NCBI GenBank assembly: GCA_951406725.2
Contig: OX597836.1
Location: forward strand, 19,716,001 to 19,780,000
DNA length: 64,000 bases
From: Octopus vulgaris
Taxonomy: Eukaryota
Direction of reading: 5' to 3'
The notes under the pieces were generated by a model. It did no database searches, had not been told where the DNA came from, and worked only from the letters and a program-made list of their open reading frames with translations. Both the position numbers and the translations under genes were made by a program. Of this stretch, positions 27,578 to 41,392 are shown piece after piece; the first letter of the stretch is position 1; every line of letters starts with the position of its first letter.

Positions 27578-27862
27578 ACCATCCGATCGTGGCCGTTGCC
27601 AGCCTCGCCTGGCCCCCGTGCCGGTGGCACATAAAAAGCACCATCCGTCCGTGGCCGTTTGCCAGCTCCGTCTAGCACCTGTGCGGGAGGCACGTAAAAA
27701 GCACCCACTACACTCACGGAGTGGTTGGCTTTAGGAAGGGCATCCAGCCGTAGAAACACTGCCAGATCAGACTGGGCCTGATGCAGCCTTCTAGCTTCAC
27801 AGACCCCAGTTGAACCGTCCAACCCATGCTAGCATGGAAAGCGGACGCTAAATGATGATGAT
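27578..27862 (+). mobile_element. RTE 3' UTR-derived element
   Basis: Family tail plus internal ~50-bp subrepeats. Confidence 0.8.
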
Positions 27863-27937
27863 ATACATATGTAAAGACAGTGTATTACATACATAAGTAC
27901 CAGTAATTCCTAGAATAGAAGAAGAAAAAGAACAGTT

Positions 27938-28060
27938 TCTTACAGCCGTTTCTGCCTAGAGGTCACAATACCCCACATGTCATTTCCATCTCTTCAGTGT
28001 TCTGTAGTGATTGGTATATAAAATTAAGGTATTGGGTGTGCCTCTAGGCTTCATCAGAGA
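27938..28060 (-). ncRNA. Type I hammerhead ribozyme motif (intact core, long stem II loop)
   Basis: UCU-CUGAUGA-A-GCCUAGAGG...CCUCUAGGC-A-GAAA-CGGCUG-UA-AGA; perfect 9-bp stem II; stem I only 3 bp. Confidence 0.65.
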
Positions 28061-28114
28061 GTCGAAAAGAGGGTCTATGAAGTTCAGAGGGCTAATGTAT
28101 GCATATATAAAAAT

Positions 28115-28182
<68 letters not shown>

Positions 28183-28258
28183 ATATGTATTTTTATATAT
28201 ATATATATACACACACTCATACACACATACAGATCATCATCATCATCATCATCATCAC

Positions 28259-28310
<52 letters not shown>

Positions 28311-28419
28311 GCTATTATTACTGTCGTTGTTGTCATTGCACTTATCTGAAATACAATGTATTTAAAAATGCCACAAAGCATTTTGCCCAGTGTGCTAATC
28401 ATTCTGCCAGCCTGGTGCC

Positions 28420-28782
28420 TTGTTTCGACCCTTTAGAATTGGAATTTTTGAAAAGTAAAAATTTTGCATTATGTAGCTTGTTATTCTCTTTAAGTGAACA
28501 TTTTTCTGGTTGAAATACACCGAAAAATGCCAACACAGCAGTCAAAAAATCATAAAAAATAGGGATTTTCATTAAAAAAAAGCACCTTTTTGATGTAAAT
28601 AATTTTTGGTGTTAACATGGTCCGATTTGAATTTTATCTTCTACAGAATAAAGAGAAAGCCTTCTTCTATCTTGCTCTCAATTTTGGTCAACTTGTGCCA
28701 CAGGGTCTCGGAGGAGATAGTGTTAGTTGAAGGCTACCAAACCTCCCACACACAGACAACTTCAGTTTTATATATATAGAGA
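28420..28782 (-). mobile_element. Non-autonomous Helitron (3'-truncated)
   Basis: Same family as 47189-47587. Confidence 0.75.
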
Positions 28783-29079
28783 TTAACAACCAAAACCTAA
28801 CCCCCCCCCACCAAATTACAACTTCAATTTCTAACCTCACTGCAAAATATTATTACTGCATCCTTTAAATGGAAGTGAAGGTGGGTGAATGGTTGAGCGG
28901 TTAGGGGGTTACAATTATAATCATAAGATTGTGCTTTTGATTCTGGAGCCAAATGATGCATTGCATTCTAAAGGAAAACACTACATTTCACAATGTGCAA
29001 CTCCACTCAGCTATAGATCAGTAACCTTGCAATGGACTGGTATCCCATGAAGGGGTAATGTTGGGACATCAGTCATTTA

Positions 29080-29477
29080 TCTTTATATATAAAAGAGAGG
29101 TTGTGTGTCTGTCTCCTACGATTTAGATTCCTAACTACTCCCACATTTTGCGGTGCAGTTTAACCAAAACCGGGTATCTTATAGTCGTGATTCATATCGA
29201 GCCCTTCTGGGTATTAGCGCGCATCTACGATGAGTCTACGATTTTTAAAAAAATGTACCATCATTCTTTTCCATTTTAATGCATTTTTTCACTATTATAT
29301 AAGGGAAGTAACTCTCTAAAAATGTCTACGATGAGTCAACGATTTAAAAAAAAAATTTACTATCATTTTTTTTCCATTTTTAATGCATTTTTTGCTATTT
29401 TTTGGGTATAACTCTCTAAAAATGCTTATATAGTTATTTCCCTTACAAACCCGAGCAACGCCGGGCGATACTGCTAG
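29080..29477 (+). mobile_element. Non-autonomous Helitron, variant interior
   Basis: A|TC start; hairpin cccgagcaacgccggg; CTAG|T end. Confidence 0.8.
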
Positions 29478-30143
29478 TATTCCATAAAAACCAGGTAAAG
29501 ATCTGACCTGATGAGTCTTAGGGCTCAAGACAAAGGCTAATTCATTATTTAAACGGGAATTGTTTAGCAATCTTAAGGATTTCACAAAAGGGTATTGATA
29601 AATTAATGATTCAGTCACCAAGTTATATCTGTTTAACAGCAAAACTGGTTGATCTGAAATGAGCTTAGTTTAGAATGATTGAACGACTAGGAACAGTCAT
29701 GGGCAAAGTAAGGGATGCTCCATTTATGAAATTAATACTGGTTGTATTGATTATAGAATCTTAGTCATGAGACATGGGTATAACAAACGGGTTGATTAGT
29801 AACCGTGGGAATAAGAAATAAAAAGGGGGAACAGGTGCAAAATATATGACTAAAAGTATTGATATAACCGTACAGTCATTGCATAATTTTAATTTAGACA
29901 TAATCAAATATATGCAACACTAAGCAAACACACACCAATACATATACATACAAATACATACCTATATGCATTCAAATACATACACACATACAAAGACACA
30001 AAAACCCACATACAAAGACACAAATACACACACACACACATATATATGTGAATACAAGTAACCATGCATATACACACAAATATACATGGTCATTTACCTA
30101 TACAAATACATATATATGAGTGGGTATATGCATACAAACATTG

Positions 30144-30490
30144 GGATCTTTTCGGTTTGAACGGCAGTTTTTTCTAGCGGTGTCATATAAAATTGTCACC
30201 CATAATTATGACCCTAGTATTGATCTATTGCATTTCAATTTGTTTTAGGGTTAGGGTTAGGGTTAGGGGTGGGGGGAAGGGTATCTGTTTTTCTTCACAA
30301 ATGTAAATAAACCCAATCTGTTTCTTAAACGAGGAACATATTCATACGGCACAGAATGTTTTCACCTCAATAGACGGTCATTGATTGGTTGAAATTGCAG
30401 AAATTGAAGAAAAAAAAAACAAAAAATATCTTACAAACTGTAGAATTTTCTCAATAAAGCCAAGAGAAAAAGATGTTTTATAAACACATA
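30144..30490. mobile_element. GGATC-TIR hAT-like MITE (truncated)
   Basis: TIR ggatcttttcggtttgaacggcag; internal ttaggg repeats. Confidence 0.8.
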
Positions 30491-31094
30491 TAAACCCCGA
30501 AAGGATGAAAGGCAAAGTCAACCTCAGCGGAATTTGAACTCTCTAAGCATTTTGCCTGATGTGCTAGTGGTTCTGCCAGCTTGCCAGCAATATATATAAA
30601 CAACAATCGACTGATATACACTTGTTCATAGACATACATACAAATTTATGTGCACACATACACACATACAAGCACAAGCATACATGCATGCACAGGCACA
30701 CATACATACACACACAAGCATATGTATTCATACATACTCTTACACACAGGTATTGTGTACCTTTGTCAGTGGAGCATATCAGAGTGAAACCTATTTGACT
30801 AGTAATCCGAATCAGGCCATGAGGTGACTTTTGTGTGGTGATGCTTGTAGTTTAAAGCAATACAATCTATGTCTAATGGCAATGTTGTTATTTTAATTCT
30901 TATGTAATTACTCTTACAGGAAGAAAAGAAAATCATAAAAAATATAAAAGATTAAATTATTGAGAACCATCAAACTATAACTACCTTGCCAAAGAAAAAA
31001 GAAGAAAAAGGGGTGGGGATTAAGATGATGGGTGGGGAGTGACAGGTTTTTACATCCGAGACCAAATGGTGAGTTCAAAATTCTCAAGATTTCC

Positions 31095-31124
<30 letters not shown>

Positions 31125-31126
<2 letters not shown>

Positions 31127-31453
31127 CTCTTTTACTCTTTTACTTTAATTGAGCAACTCGACCCTGGGACTTATTCTTTGTAAGCCCAGTACTTATGCTA
31201 AGTTTCGGGGACGTAAATACACCACCATCGGTTGTCAAGCAATGTTGTCAAGCAAATACAGACACAAACACACACACACACATACATATATACATATATA
31301 TACGACGGATTTCTTTCAGTTTCCGTCTACCAAATCCACTCACAAGGCTTTGGTCGGCTCGAGGCTATAGTAGAAGACACTAGCCCAAGGTGCCACGCAG
31401 TGGGACTGAATTCGGAACCATGTGGTTGGTAAGCAAGCTACTTACCACACAGC
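31125..31453 (-). mobile_element. SINE family B
   Basis: Family similarity. Confidence 0.8.
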
Positions 31454-32092
31454 AAATAATCTTATAAGAATTTTTAAAATAATTATAAAGTAGTTAAAAA
31501 TAGTATAATGGAATAAAATAAAATAAAATAAGGTAATGTAATAGGATAAGGTTCAATATCAAGTGAAATGTGAATTGGAAAAAATAATAAAAATAATAGA
31601 ATATAAAAATATAAAAAATTTCCTAGTATATAAGGCAATCTTTAAAATGGATGAGATAAAAATCGGACCAGTATCAATTACATAGTAGCAGGTACAGAAC
31701 AAGCTTTTATTCATAGTTTCAGTTAATGCAGGTATAAGAGTTAATGGCCATGAGAAAACATAATATGATATAATAAAGGTCATGCAGTTTATTACATTAT
31801 AGACTCATTTTAGTACTAATTAAAATAGGTATAATATGGATATAAAAAGTATATTAGAGTAATCAAAAATATAACTAACTAAAACAAGAGTTCAGATGGG
31901 AGCTAAGAGGTTAGGAAATCTTTATTATATAACCACATTAGTAATTTTTTACTACACATCCATGATAGAAAGTAAAAAGAGAGTATAGCGACCAGAAATG
32001 GTGAGATAAAACTGGGGATAGACGGTTATGTAATACTTTTAAAAAGTGGAGAGTATTTCATGAATGCATGAAACTCTAAGATCTAATTTATC

Positions 32093-32324
32093 TATTTCTT
32101 TACTACCCACAAGGGGCTAAACACAGAAGGGACAAACAAGGACAGGCAAACGGATTAAGTCGATCATATCAACCCCAGTGCGTAACTGGTACTTATTTAA
32201 TCTACCCTGAAAGGATGAAAGGCAAAGTCGACCTCGGCGGAATTTGAACTCAGAACGTAGCGGCAAACGAAATACTGCAAAACATTTCGCCCAGCGTGCT
32301 AACAATTCTGCCAGCTTGCCGCCT
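32093..32324 (-). mobile_element. SINE A with 13-bp TSD
   Basis: TSD gatctaatttatc at 32080 and 32325. Confidence 0.9.
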
Positions 32325-32637
32325 GATCTAATTTATCATTAATTAAATTATCATTGTTCCTATTTATTAATATTTCATATAGCTCCAGATAGCACAGTCC
32401 ACGCCCATATCTGTGGTTGCAGAGTGGGCTCATGATATATTCAGCCGGGTATAGTTAATTGTATACATGACCTGAATATCATTCTACCTGTATTTCAGTA
32501 CCTGCATATGTATTCCTCTATTTTTGTTGTGTACATATTTTACTTTTCGACCTGACCCGGTACCTTACCATTAAGTGCCTGATTCACTGAAACCCTGATC
32601 TATTATATATGTATATATATATATATATATATATGTA

Positions 32638-33262
32638 CAGGGGTTAGACAAAAGAATGGAAACACCTAGCATCATAGCATTATAAATTTGAAATATCTAT
32701 AAAACCGTCAAAAGTTTGTTTATTTTTATGTTTTTTGATTTATTGTTAGTGTTGCTTAATATGTTTTGCTAAAATTGCTGTTTCTTTTCAGATATCATCA
32801 GAAAAAGGTAACTAAAATTCATTAAAATTACAGATCTATCGGACTTTCAAAGAGGTCAATTTGCTGGTGTTCAATTGGCAGGTGCTATCATTAGGAAAAC
32901 ATCTGAAATGTTTGGTGTATCAAGAAGTACTGTCTCAAAAGTAATGACAGCCTTTGAGAAAGAGGGAAAAACCTCCCCATCAAAACAAAACTCCGGAAAA
33001 AAACCAAAACTAACAATTACACAAATTGTTAGAAAGGATCCAAAAAGTACAATTCCCAAAATTACTGCAGAGCTTAATGACTACCTTGAGAACCCAGTTT
33101 CCACAAAAACTGTTTGCTGGGAGCTGCACAAAGCTGGATTTCACGAGAGGACTGCAATCAGAAAACCACTACTTTCAAAAACTGATGTTGCAAGGCATTT
33201 AGACTGGAGTAAAACCCCACAGAATTGGTCCTGAGAGCAGTGGAAGAATGTTGTTTTCTCAG
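32638..33262 (+). mobile_element. Tc1-like transposon 5' part (transposase pseudogene)
   Basis: TA|caggggttagacaaaag terminus; DLSDFQRGQ...FGVSRSTVSKV (HTH), SGKKPKL, RKPLLS, QNWS*EQWKNVVFS. Confidence 0.9.
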
Positions 33263-33264
33263 TT

Positions 33265-33905
33265 GATGCTTTTTACGTGCCACTAGCATGGAAGCCAGTC
33301 AAGGCGGTGTTGGCATCGGCCACGTTCAGATGGTGCTTTTTACGTGCCACCAGCACAGGGATCACATCTACAATTTCCATTTGATTTTGAATTTGATATA
33401 CTTGACTCAATAGGTCTCCTCAAGCACAGCATGTTGTCCTACGATCCAAGGTACTTTTGAGTGTGTTGGCATCGGCCACATTTAGATGGTGCTTTTTATG
33501 TGCCACCGGGCTCGGGGATCACATCTACAATTTCCATTTGATTTTGAATTTGATATACTTGACTCAATAGGTCTCCTCAAGCACAGCATGTTGCCCTACG
33601 ATCCAAGGTACTTTCAAGTGGGCTCGTTATGCAACACAGGTGTAGGTTACAGCTGTGAACTGACTTTATTTGCTGTGTCTTCTCAGTCACAGCACACCTT
33701 CAGAGGTCTCGGTCTTTTGTAATTGCTTCTTTGAGGCCCAACGTTCAAAGGTCATGCTTCACCACCTCATCCCACGTCTTCCTACGTCTCCCTCTATCCC
33801 AGATTCCTTCCACTGTTCGGGGATGGCACTTCTTCACACAGCTCTCCTCATCATTCTGTAGTATGTAACCATAGCAACGCAAACGTCTCTCTTGCATGCT
33901 ACTGC
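33265..33905 (-). mobile_element. RTE LINE 3' fragment with duplicated UTR block
   Basis: QERRLRCYG...DEESCVKKC...RGRRRKTWDEVVKHDL; ~155-bp tandem duplication. Confidence 0.85.
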
Positions 33906-34121
33906 AAGTTTTATTCGTTTGCGACTTAAGCCCTATTCTGAATTTATTCCTGTGTCCCCACCAAAGTACCTCCATGCTCCACCAGTGGGGGGAGCAGTCC
34001 CACCTTAAGAAGCACTGGGACCAGATGCAGTATTATGTCTTCTGTTCTAGACCAGACTCCAGCCAACAGCCATTCACTCATCAACCAATATTGCATCCCT
34101 ATCTTCTACCTGCCTCTCTAT

Positions 34122-35055
34122 ATATCTGTCTGTCCTTCTGTCTGTCTGCCTGCCTGCCAGTCTGTCTGTCTGTCTGCCTGTCAGTCAGTCTGTTTATCTG
34201 TCTTTCTGTCTGTCTGTCTTTCTGTCTATCTGTCTTTCTGTCTGTCTGTCTTTCTGTCTTTCTGTCTTTCTGTCTATCTGTCTTTCTGTCTGTCTGTCTT
34301 TCTGTCTATGTCTTTCTGTCTGTCTGTCTTTCTGTCTATCTGTCTTTCTGTCTATCTGTCTTTCTGTCTGTCTGTCTTTCTGTCTATCTGTCTTTCTGTC
34401 TTTCTGTCTATCTGTCATTCTGTCTATGTCTTTCTGTCTGTCTGTCTTTCTGTCTTTCTGTCTGTCTGTCTGTCTTTCTGTCTGTCTGTCTTTCTGTCTG
34501 TCTGTCTTTCTGTCTGTCTGTCTGTCTTTCTGTCAGTCTGTCTTTCTGTCTGTCTGTCTTTCTGTCTATCTGTCTTTCTGTCTGTCTGTCTGTCTGCCTG
34601 CCTGCCTGCCTGTCAGTCTGTTTATCCGTCTGCCTGTTTGTGTGTCTGCTTGTGTCTGTCTGTTTGTCTGCATGTCTGTCTGTTTGTCTATCTGTCTGCC
34701 TGTCTGTCTGTCTGCCTGTTTCTCCGTTTGCATTTCTGTTTGTCTGCGTATCTGTCTGTCTGTCTGTCTATTGCATATATACATGTCTGACTATCTGCAT
34801 GTCTGTCTGTCTTCCTTTCTGTCTGACTGAATGTCTGTCTGTCTGCCATTTTGTCTGCCTGCATATCTGCCAGTCTGTCTGTCTGCCTATCTGTCTATCT
34901 GCATGTCTGTATGTCTGTCTGTCTGTCTATCTGTATGACTGCATGTCTGTCTATCTTTGCATGTCTGACTGTCTGCTATTTTGTCTGCCTGCATGTTTGT
35001 CAGTCTGTCTGTCTGCTTATCAGTCTATCTGCATGTCTGTCTGCCTGTCTGTCTC
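34122..35055. repeat. ~930-bp degenerate (TCTG)n
   Basis: Seen directly; source of the 396-aa spurious ORF. Confidence 0.95.
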
Positions 35056-35384
35056 CACTCCATCCCCTCCCTCTTTAATTACATAAATCCAAATGTTTCA
35101 AGTGTGTGTGTGGGTGTATCACGCCATAGAAGCAGAGATATTTTTTTTCCCTGTGGCAATCACTGTTCCATCTGACCTGTCAAGTATAATAATGACTCAA
35201 CTCAGTTATTTTTCAAAGTGGTGGTCACTTTAAAATAAAGTGGACACAACCAAGTTTTTTGAGCAGATGTTGATACATCTGTGATAGTTGTAGGGTGATG
35301 CTAAGTGCAAAATAATAAACTGCAAACATACACACACACAATCACAAAACATACATACACATACTATATATATATATATATCAC

Positions 35385-36331
35385 CATCATCATCATCATC
35401 ATCATCATTGTTTAATGTCTGCTTTCTATGCTGGCATGGGTTGGATAGTTTGATTGAAGACTCCAATCTGATCTAGCAAGGTTTCTACAACTGGATGCTC
35501 TTCCTAATGCCAACCACTCCGAGAGTGTAGTGGGTGCTTTTTACATGCCACTGACACGAGGGCCAGTTAGGCAGCACTGGCAATGACCATGCTTGAATGG
35601 TGCTTTTTACGTACCACTAGTACAGGAGCCAGTCAGGTGGCACTGGCAATGACCATGCTTGAATGGTGCTTTTTACGCGCCACCAGCACAGGAGCCAGTC
35701 AGGTGGCACTGGCAATGACCATGCTTGAATGGTGCTTTTTACATACCGCTAGTACAGGAGCCAGTTAGGCGGCACTGACAATGACCATGCTTCAATAGTG
35801 CTTTTTATGTTCTACCAGCATGGGAGCCAATTAGGCTATGACAATGATTTCATTTGACTCAACAGCTCTTCTCAAGCACAGTTTATTGCCCAATGATTGA
35901 AGGATACTCTTAAATGGGCCAGTTATACTACACTGGCATAGGCCACGGTTACAGTCTCACTTGGCTTGCTGGGTCTTCTCAAGCACAACATATCTCCAAA
36001 GGTCTTGGTTTCTTGTTATCGCCTCCGTGATGCCCAACGTTTGAAGGTCGTGCTTCACCACCTCACCCCAGGTCTTCTTGAGCCTACCTCTTCCACAGGT
36101 TCCCTCAACTGCTAAGGTGTGACACTTTTTCACACAGCTATCCTCATCTATATGCAACACATGACCATACCAGTGCAGTCGTCTCTCTTGCACACCACAT
36201 CTGATGCTTCTTATGTCCAACTTTTCTCTCAGGGCGCTTACACTCTGTCGTGTAAGCACACTGACATTATACGTCCAGTGGAGCATACTAGCTTCATTTC
36301 TTGCAAGTTTGTGCATGTCGTCAGCAGTCAT
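35385..36331 (-). mobile_element. RTE LINE 3' end: ORF C-terminus, 3' UTR with ~63-bp tandem repeats, (GAT)n tail
   Basis: ORF 35957-36331 VQERRLHWYGHVLH...GRGRLKKTW...QDLWR. Confidence 0.9.
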
Positions 36332-36525
36332 GGCTTATATTTATATATAAGTATGTATATATGTGTGTGTGTGTGTGTATATATATATATAAACAGCCGA
36401 AATTGCTAAGATAATCCGGTTCCGACTGAAGATTAGAGGCTTCGAGTGACCCGTCTGTTTTTTTGTGTCGTCTCTTAGTGCGTTCTTGTCCCACTTTGTA
36501 ATTTATATTTTATATTTTATATTTG

Positions 36526-36572
<47 letters not shown>

Positions 36573-36648
36573 ATTATTACCTTTGAAGGTTTTTTATTCT
36601 CATACTGGCCACTTGATAAGATCAATATTTAAATTAACAATCTTATCC

Positions 36649-36693
<45 letters not shown>

Positions 36694-37945
36694 TACATAG
36701 ACATACACATGCACTCACTAGTATTGCCGTGACTGTATCAACTTTGGAAAAGAAACACTCATAAAGAAAAAATAAGAAAATATATCTTTTAAATTCTATA
36801 AATATAATAATTACAACAATTATATATATTAGTAAGCCACTTGACACCATTTTAAATAAAATATGTTACATGAGAATCCTATTTCAGGTTAATCTTCATG
36901 CTATAAGTACTAAAATGAAGTTTTTACACCCATATTCTTGCAGTGCTTTTATTGAATATTCTAATAGGAGTCTTCCTCCTCCTTCTCCTCGTTGTCATCA
37001 TCGTCTTCGTCGTTGTCGTCATCATCATCATCACCATCACCATCATCACCACCACCACCACCACCACTACTACTACCACCATCATCATCATCATCATCAT
37101 CATTACCACCATCATCACCATCTTCATCACCATCATCACCATCATCATCATCATCCTAATCTTCCTCCTCCTCCTCATCATCATCATCCCTCCCCCTCCC
37201 CGTCGTCGTTGTCATCATCATTATCATTTCAACATCCATTTCCCCATATTTGCATGGTTGAGATGGAGTTAATTGCAACACACTTTCTGTGACTGGATGC
37301 TCTTCCTGTTACTGCACCCTTTTTTCATGTCTGCTGAATATTGGGAGGCAAAGAATATTTACTTCTCAACATGCAGGGGCCTTGACACCTTTCAAAAATA
37401 TAGAGACATTATATCAAAATGAATGGACTATATGGTCACATTTGGAATGCCTTTGATCATAGGTCTATTTGCTCAAACAGGATTAAATTGAGGCCAGACA
37501 GCAAATTTTAAAATGTTGGTGAAATCAATAGCCAAAACGTTCTTCATTAAATTGGACTTTTAACATATTTTTTTTAAATTTCATTAAAAAATTGAAACCA
37601 TCTGTGAAGTTTTTTTTTTTTCTCAAATTCCATAACAACAAATTTGAAAATCTTTATTAGATTCTGTGTGAAGAACAGACAAATTAAAGAGAAATTGTGG
37701 TATTTCTATTGAATTTTAAGCAATTAAAAGAAATTCCAATAGTTACAGAAAGTAATTAATTAATTGTTCAGTTTAAGAAATAAGAATTTAATTTACTTTC
37801 TGAACTCTTATATTCGGTATCCAGAAAATGGCCACTCAGCTGATTGGCATAAAATCACTTACAGAAAATCCCCAGTATCAGGCCCACAGTTGTGCTGTGT
37901 GCTCTCTTTGTCATTTGCGCCACTACTATAATGGTATCTGCTCCT

Positions 37946-38178
37946 AAGGCGGCGAGCTGGCAGAATCATTAGCACGCCAGGCAAAATGCCTAGCCGCATT
38001 TCGTCTGCCGTTACGTTCTGAGTTCAAATTCTGCCGAGGTCGACTTTGCCTTTCATCCTTTCGGGGTCGATTAAATAAGTACCAGTTACGCACTGGCGTC
38101 GATGTAATCGACTTAATCCGTTTGTCTGTCCTTCTTTGTCCCCTCTGTGTTTAGCCCCTTGTGGGTAGTAAAGAAATA
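37946..38178 (+). mobile_element. SINE A with 13-bp TSD
   Basis: TSD ggtatctgctcct at 37933 and 38179. Confidence 0.9.
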
Positions 38179-38456
38179 GGTATCTGCTCCTCAGGGATGG
38201 CTAGATATATTCCACCTCCTTTTGAGTATTCCTAACCCAGTCATCTTCTCCCTTTTCATCCCCTAAGTTATGTCACAAACTCCCTGCTTCCCCTCTGCTC
38301 CAGTCCCTATGTCCAGACTCCTTTCTTAGAATTTCATCCCTCTGTAACTCCCTCCCTGCTTATGCTTTCCCCATCAACTTTGATGCTCAAGAGGAACATT
38401 ATTGATATCAATGATAGTGGCGGCAGTGGTAATGACATTACCACCTAAAAGTTTAA

Positions 38457-38677
38457 CCCTTTCATTACCAACCTGGCTGAAACCGGCTCTGGCTCTTTAG
38501 TACAAATGTCTGGTTTTCAAAAGTTCTGAATTAAATCCTTCCACCAAACCTAAGTCACAATTTATGTCCCTAACTCTAGCTTAATGATAACGATGCTATT
38601 TTACTTAATTCTTTGTTATATTTAAAATAATTGGAAGAAACACTGGGCATCTCAGAATAAATTCAGTAACGAAAGGG
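38457..38677. mobile_element. piggyBac-like MITE, second family
   Basis: TTAA|ccctttcattac ... gtaacgaaaggg|TTAA. Confidence 0.75.
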
Positions 38678-38941
38678 TTAAAGAATAATATTGATTTCAT
38701 GTAAAACAACACAGCATTGGACCAAACATCCATCAACATTCAGTCACACCTCCTTACATCTATGATTTATGTTATTCCACCAAGGTCAGTTATATATATG
38801 CATTGACAGTTATAGAAATCAAATCAATCAATTATTACATTGTTACTTATCTCATAAAATGAAAATAAACATTTGTGTTCATGGCACCATGAGAGAAATC
38901 AATATGTAAGGGTCTACAACAGTGAGTGTATTTCATAATCA

Positions 38942-38983
<42 letters not shown>

Positions 38984-39155
38984 TTCTCTCCTTTTTTTTC
39001 TCTCCTTTCTCTCTCCTTGTTTCTTTTTGTGTTCCTTTCTGTAGAAGAGGGTAGACTCGAAACATAAAAAACTTTCTCAATTCCTGAGCGTTATACTAAT
39101 ACATCTGTTTGTTTTCTACACCATCTGCCTTCATCTTTTTTTTCGTGAATTCTCC

Positions 39156-39187
<32 letters not shown>

Positions 39188-39214
39188 ATATGCATAAATG
39201 TATATATATATATG

Positions 39215-39255
<41 letters not shown>

Positions 39256-39621
39256 CGGGAAGCTTTATGAAAATAGACAAAAGACAAAGGCAGGTTTACG
39301 GAAATAAACAAAAGACGAAGGCAGGTGGAATACAAACAAACAATTGTATTAGTATGGTGCTCAGGAAATATAAATAAAACAAGTCTTTAACGTTTCGAGC
39401 CTACGCTCTTCAACAGAAAGATACACAGAGAAAAAACACAGAAAGAAGGAGAGAAAAAAAAAAAAAAATTTGCGTGATATATATATATATAAAACTCAAA
39501 GTTTGTTTTCTTGCCACTTGATTAAGATGATAAAGATTACAAATAAAATAGAAAAAAAGATCAAGTTGAAAATGTCAACACTTCGAAGAGTCACGTCAGC
39601 TACCACTGTCCATCCTTTTTT

Positions 39622-40626
39622 GTTACTTTTTCCTTTCCTTAATCATTTACCTATAAGATAGAAATTCTCCCAATATTTTTATGAGATATTTTTGAAAGGT
39701 GGGTACTCGATTTTTTTTTTCTTAAAGGGGAAAATTACTATCTTATTTAAAATGAAATATTAATCTTCATCATCTTAATCAAGATGCAGAAAAACAAACT
39801 GGGAGATTATCTCTTTATAGACAAAGATCAGTTGCAACGGGAGGAGTTGAATCTCATAAGAATAGAAAAACAAAGAACAACAAATGGGTTTGTACCTTAT
39901 AAGGACACTCTTTCAAGAACATTCAAATGCCATTGCAACGCTGAAATCTATCTCTTTACTACCCACAAGGGGCTAAACACAGAGGGGACAAACAAGGACA
40001 GACAAACGGATTAAGTTGATTATATCGACCCCAGTGCGTAAACAGGTACTTATTTAATCGACCCCGAAAGGATGAAAGGCAAAGTCGACCTCGGCAGAAT
40101 TTGAACTCAGAACGTAGTGACAGACAAAATACCTATTTCTTTACTACCCACAAGGGGCTAAACATAGAGGGGACAAACAAGGACAGACAAATGGATTAAA
40201 TTGATTATATCAACCCCAGTGCGTAACTGGTACTTATTTAATCTACCCCGAAAGGATGAAAGGCAAAGTTGACCTTGGCGGAATTTGGACTCATAACATA
40301 GCGGCAGATGAAATACTATTAAGTATTTCGCCCGGCGTGCTGACGTTTCTGCCAGCTTGCCACTTTTGCAAGGTTGAAATCATTGCCTCAGTAAGGTCAG
40401 TTAAGTATGTCATGAAGTACACACTGACAGGAAATGACCTAGCTGCTGTTCAAATAAACAATGATTATCTAATGGGTACGTATATTAGACCATCCAAAGC
40501 AATTACATCCATTTTAGGACTTTCAATTCATGAAAGGGCACCTGCAATAGTGAGACTGCGTGTTCATCTACCAGATGAACAAAGAATATTGCTCAGCAAT
40601 AATGAGGATATATATGGCTGTCAATG
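39622..40626 (+). mobile_element. Second copy of the Helitron fragment, with a SINE A dimer (39949-40365) at the same site
   Basis: Colinear with 13531-14363; ORF 40256-40666 carries SVKYVMKYTL...IHERAPAIVRLRVHLP. Confidence 0.85.
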
Positions 40627-41071
40627 TTTTCTCCAACCATTTGGGCTTCCCTACCAAAGGTTCTAGCATTTAACTCTCTCACCTCCCCATCATCCATATA
40701 TAGATTAAACAGCCATGGAGACATCAGACAACCCTGTCTTAACCCCACCTGCTTCATTACCTGCTTTTTGTATCCAAACCTGTGTGTTTCTGTTGTAAGC
40801 TAATAGTTGTAGTCACATACATTAATACATTACCAGAACATGCCACATCAATTAAGCCATCAAGGTGTGTATTTAAATTAGGCATTGTTCCTGTTTCCCC
40901 ACCTATTGTTAGGAACGTGTGTGTGAGTGTGAGTGTGTGTGTATGTGTGTGTGTATACATGTATGTGTACATAAGCATATATGTATATAATATATAGACA
41001 CACAGTCTCTCTCTCTCTTTCTCTCTACATATATATTACACTGGTATATATGTGTGTATATAGATATATAT

Positions 41072-41108
<37 letters not shown>

Positions 41109-41392
41109 AATAAGAAAATGGAGGAGATCAATAGGTGGTATTCATCAACTTTTAGACATTATATTATGTCACTTTATTTATGTATTTACTAAAATGACAA
41201 TTGCAAGAATATACATACATGTATAACATATTATGCTTTACATATATAATATATAATATATAAAGATACCAGTAATTATTAAAATATATAACATAGCTGT
41301 CCATATACTGGTATCAACCATTTGCCATGCGCAAGATTACAAAGAGGCTCGCGATGGCAAATTGTATATAAGGGCCAAACAGAAAAAGATTG

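Noticed and set aside
33896-35086. 396-aa ORF
   Set aside because: Translation of a degenerate (TCTG)n repeat with no protein features
35530-35850. CRISPR-like periodic array
   Set aside because: The units are full tandem copies without unique spacers, lie in a LINE UTR, and the context is eukaryotic
36392-36470. CTGAAGA-containing element next to (TA)n, with a second copy at 52800-52870 (-)
   Set aside because: No GAAA or stem III in either copy, so I did not call a hammerhead
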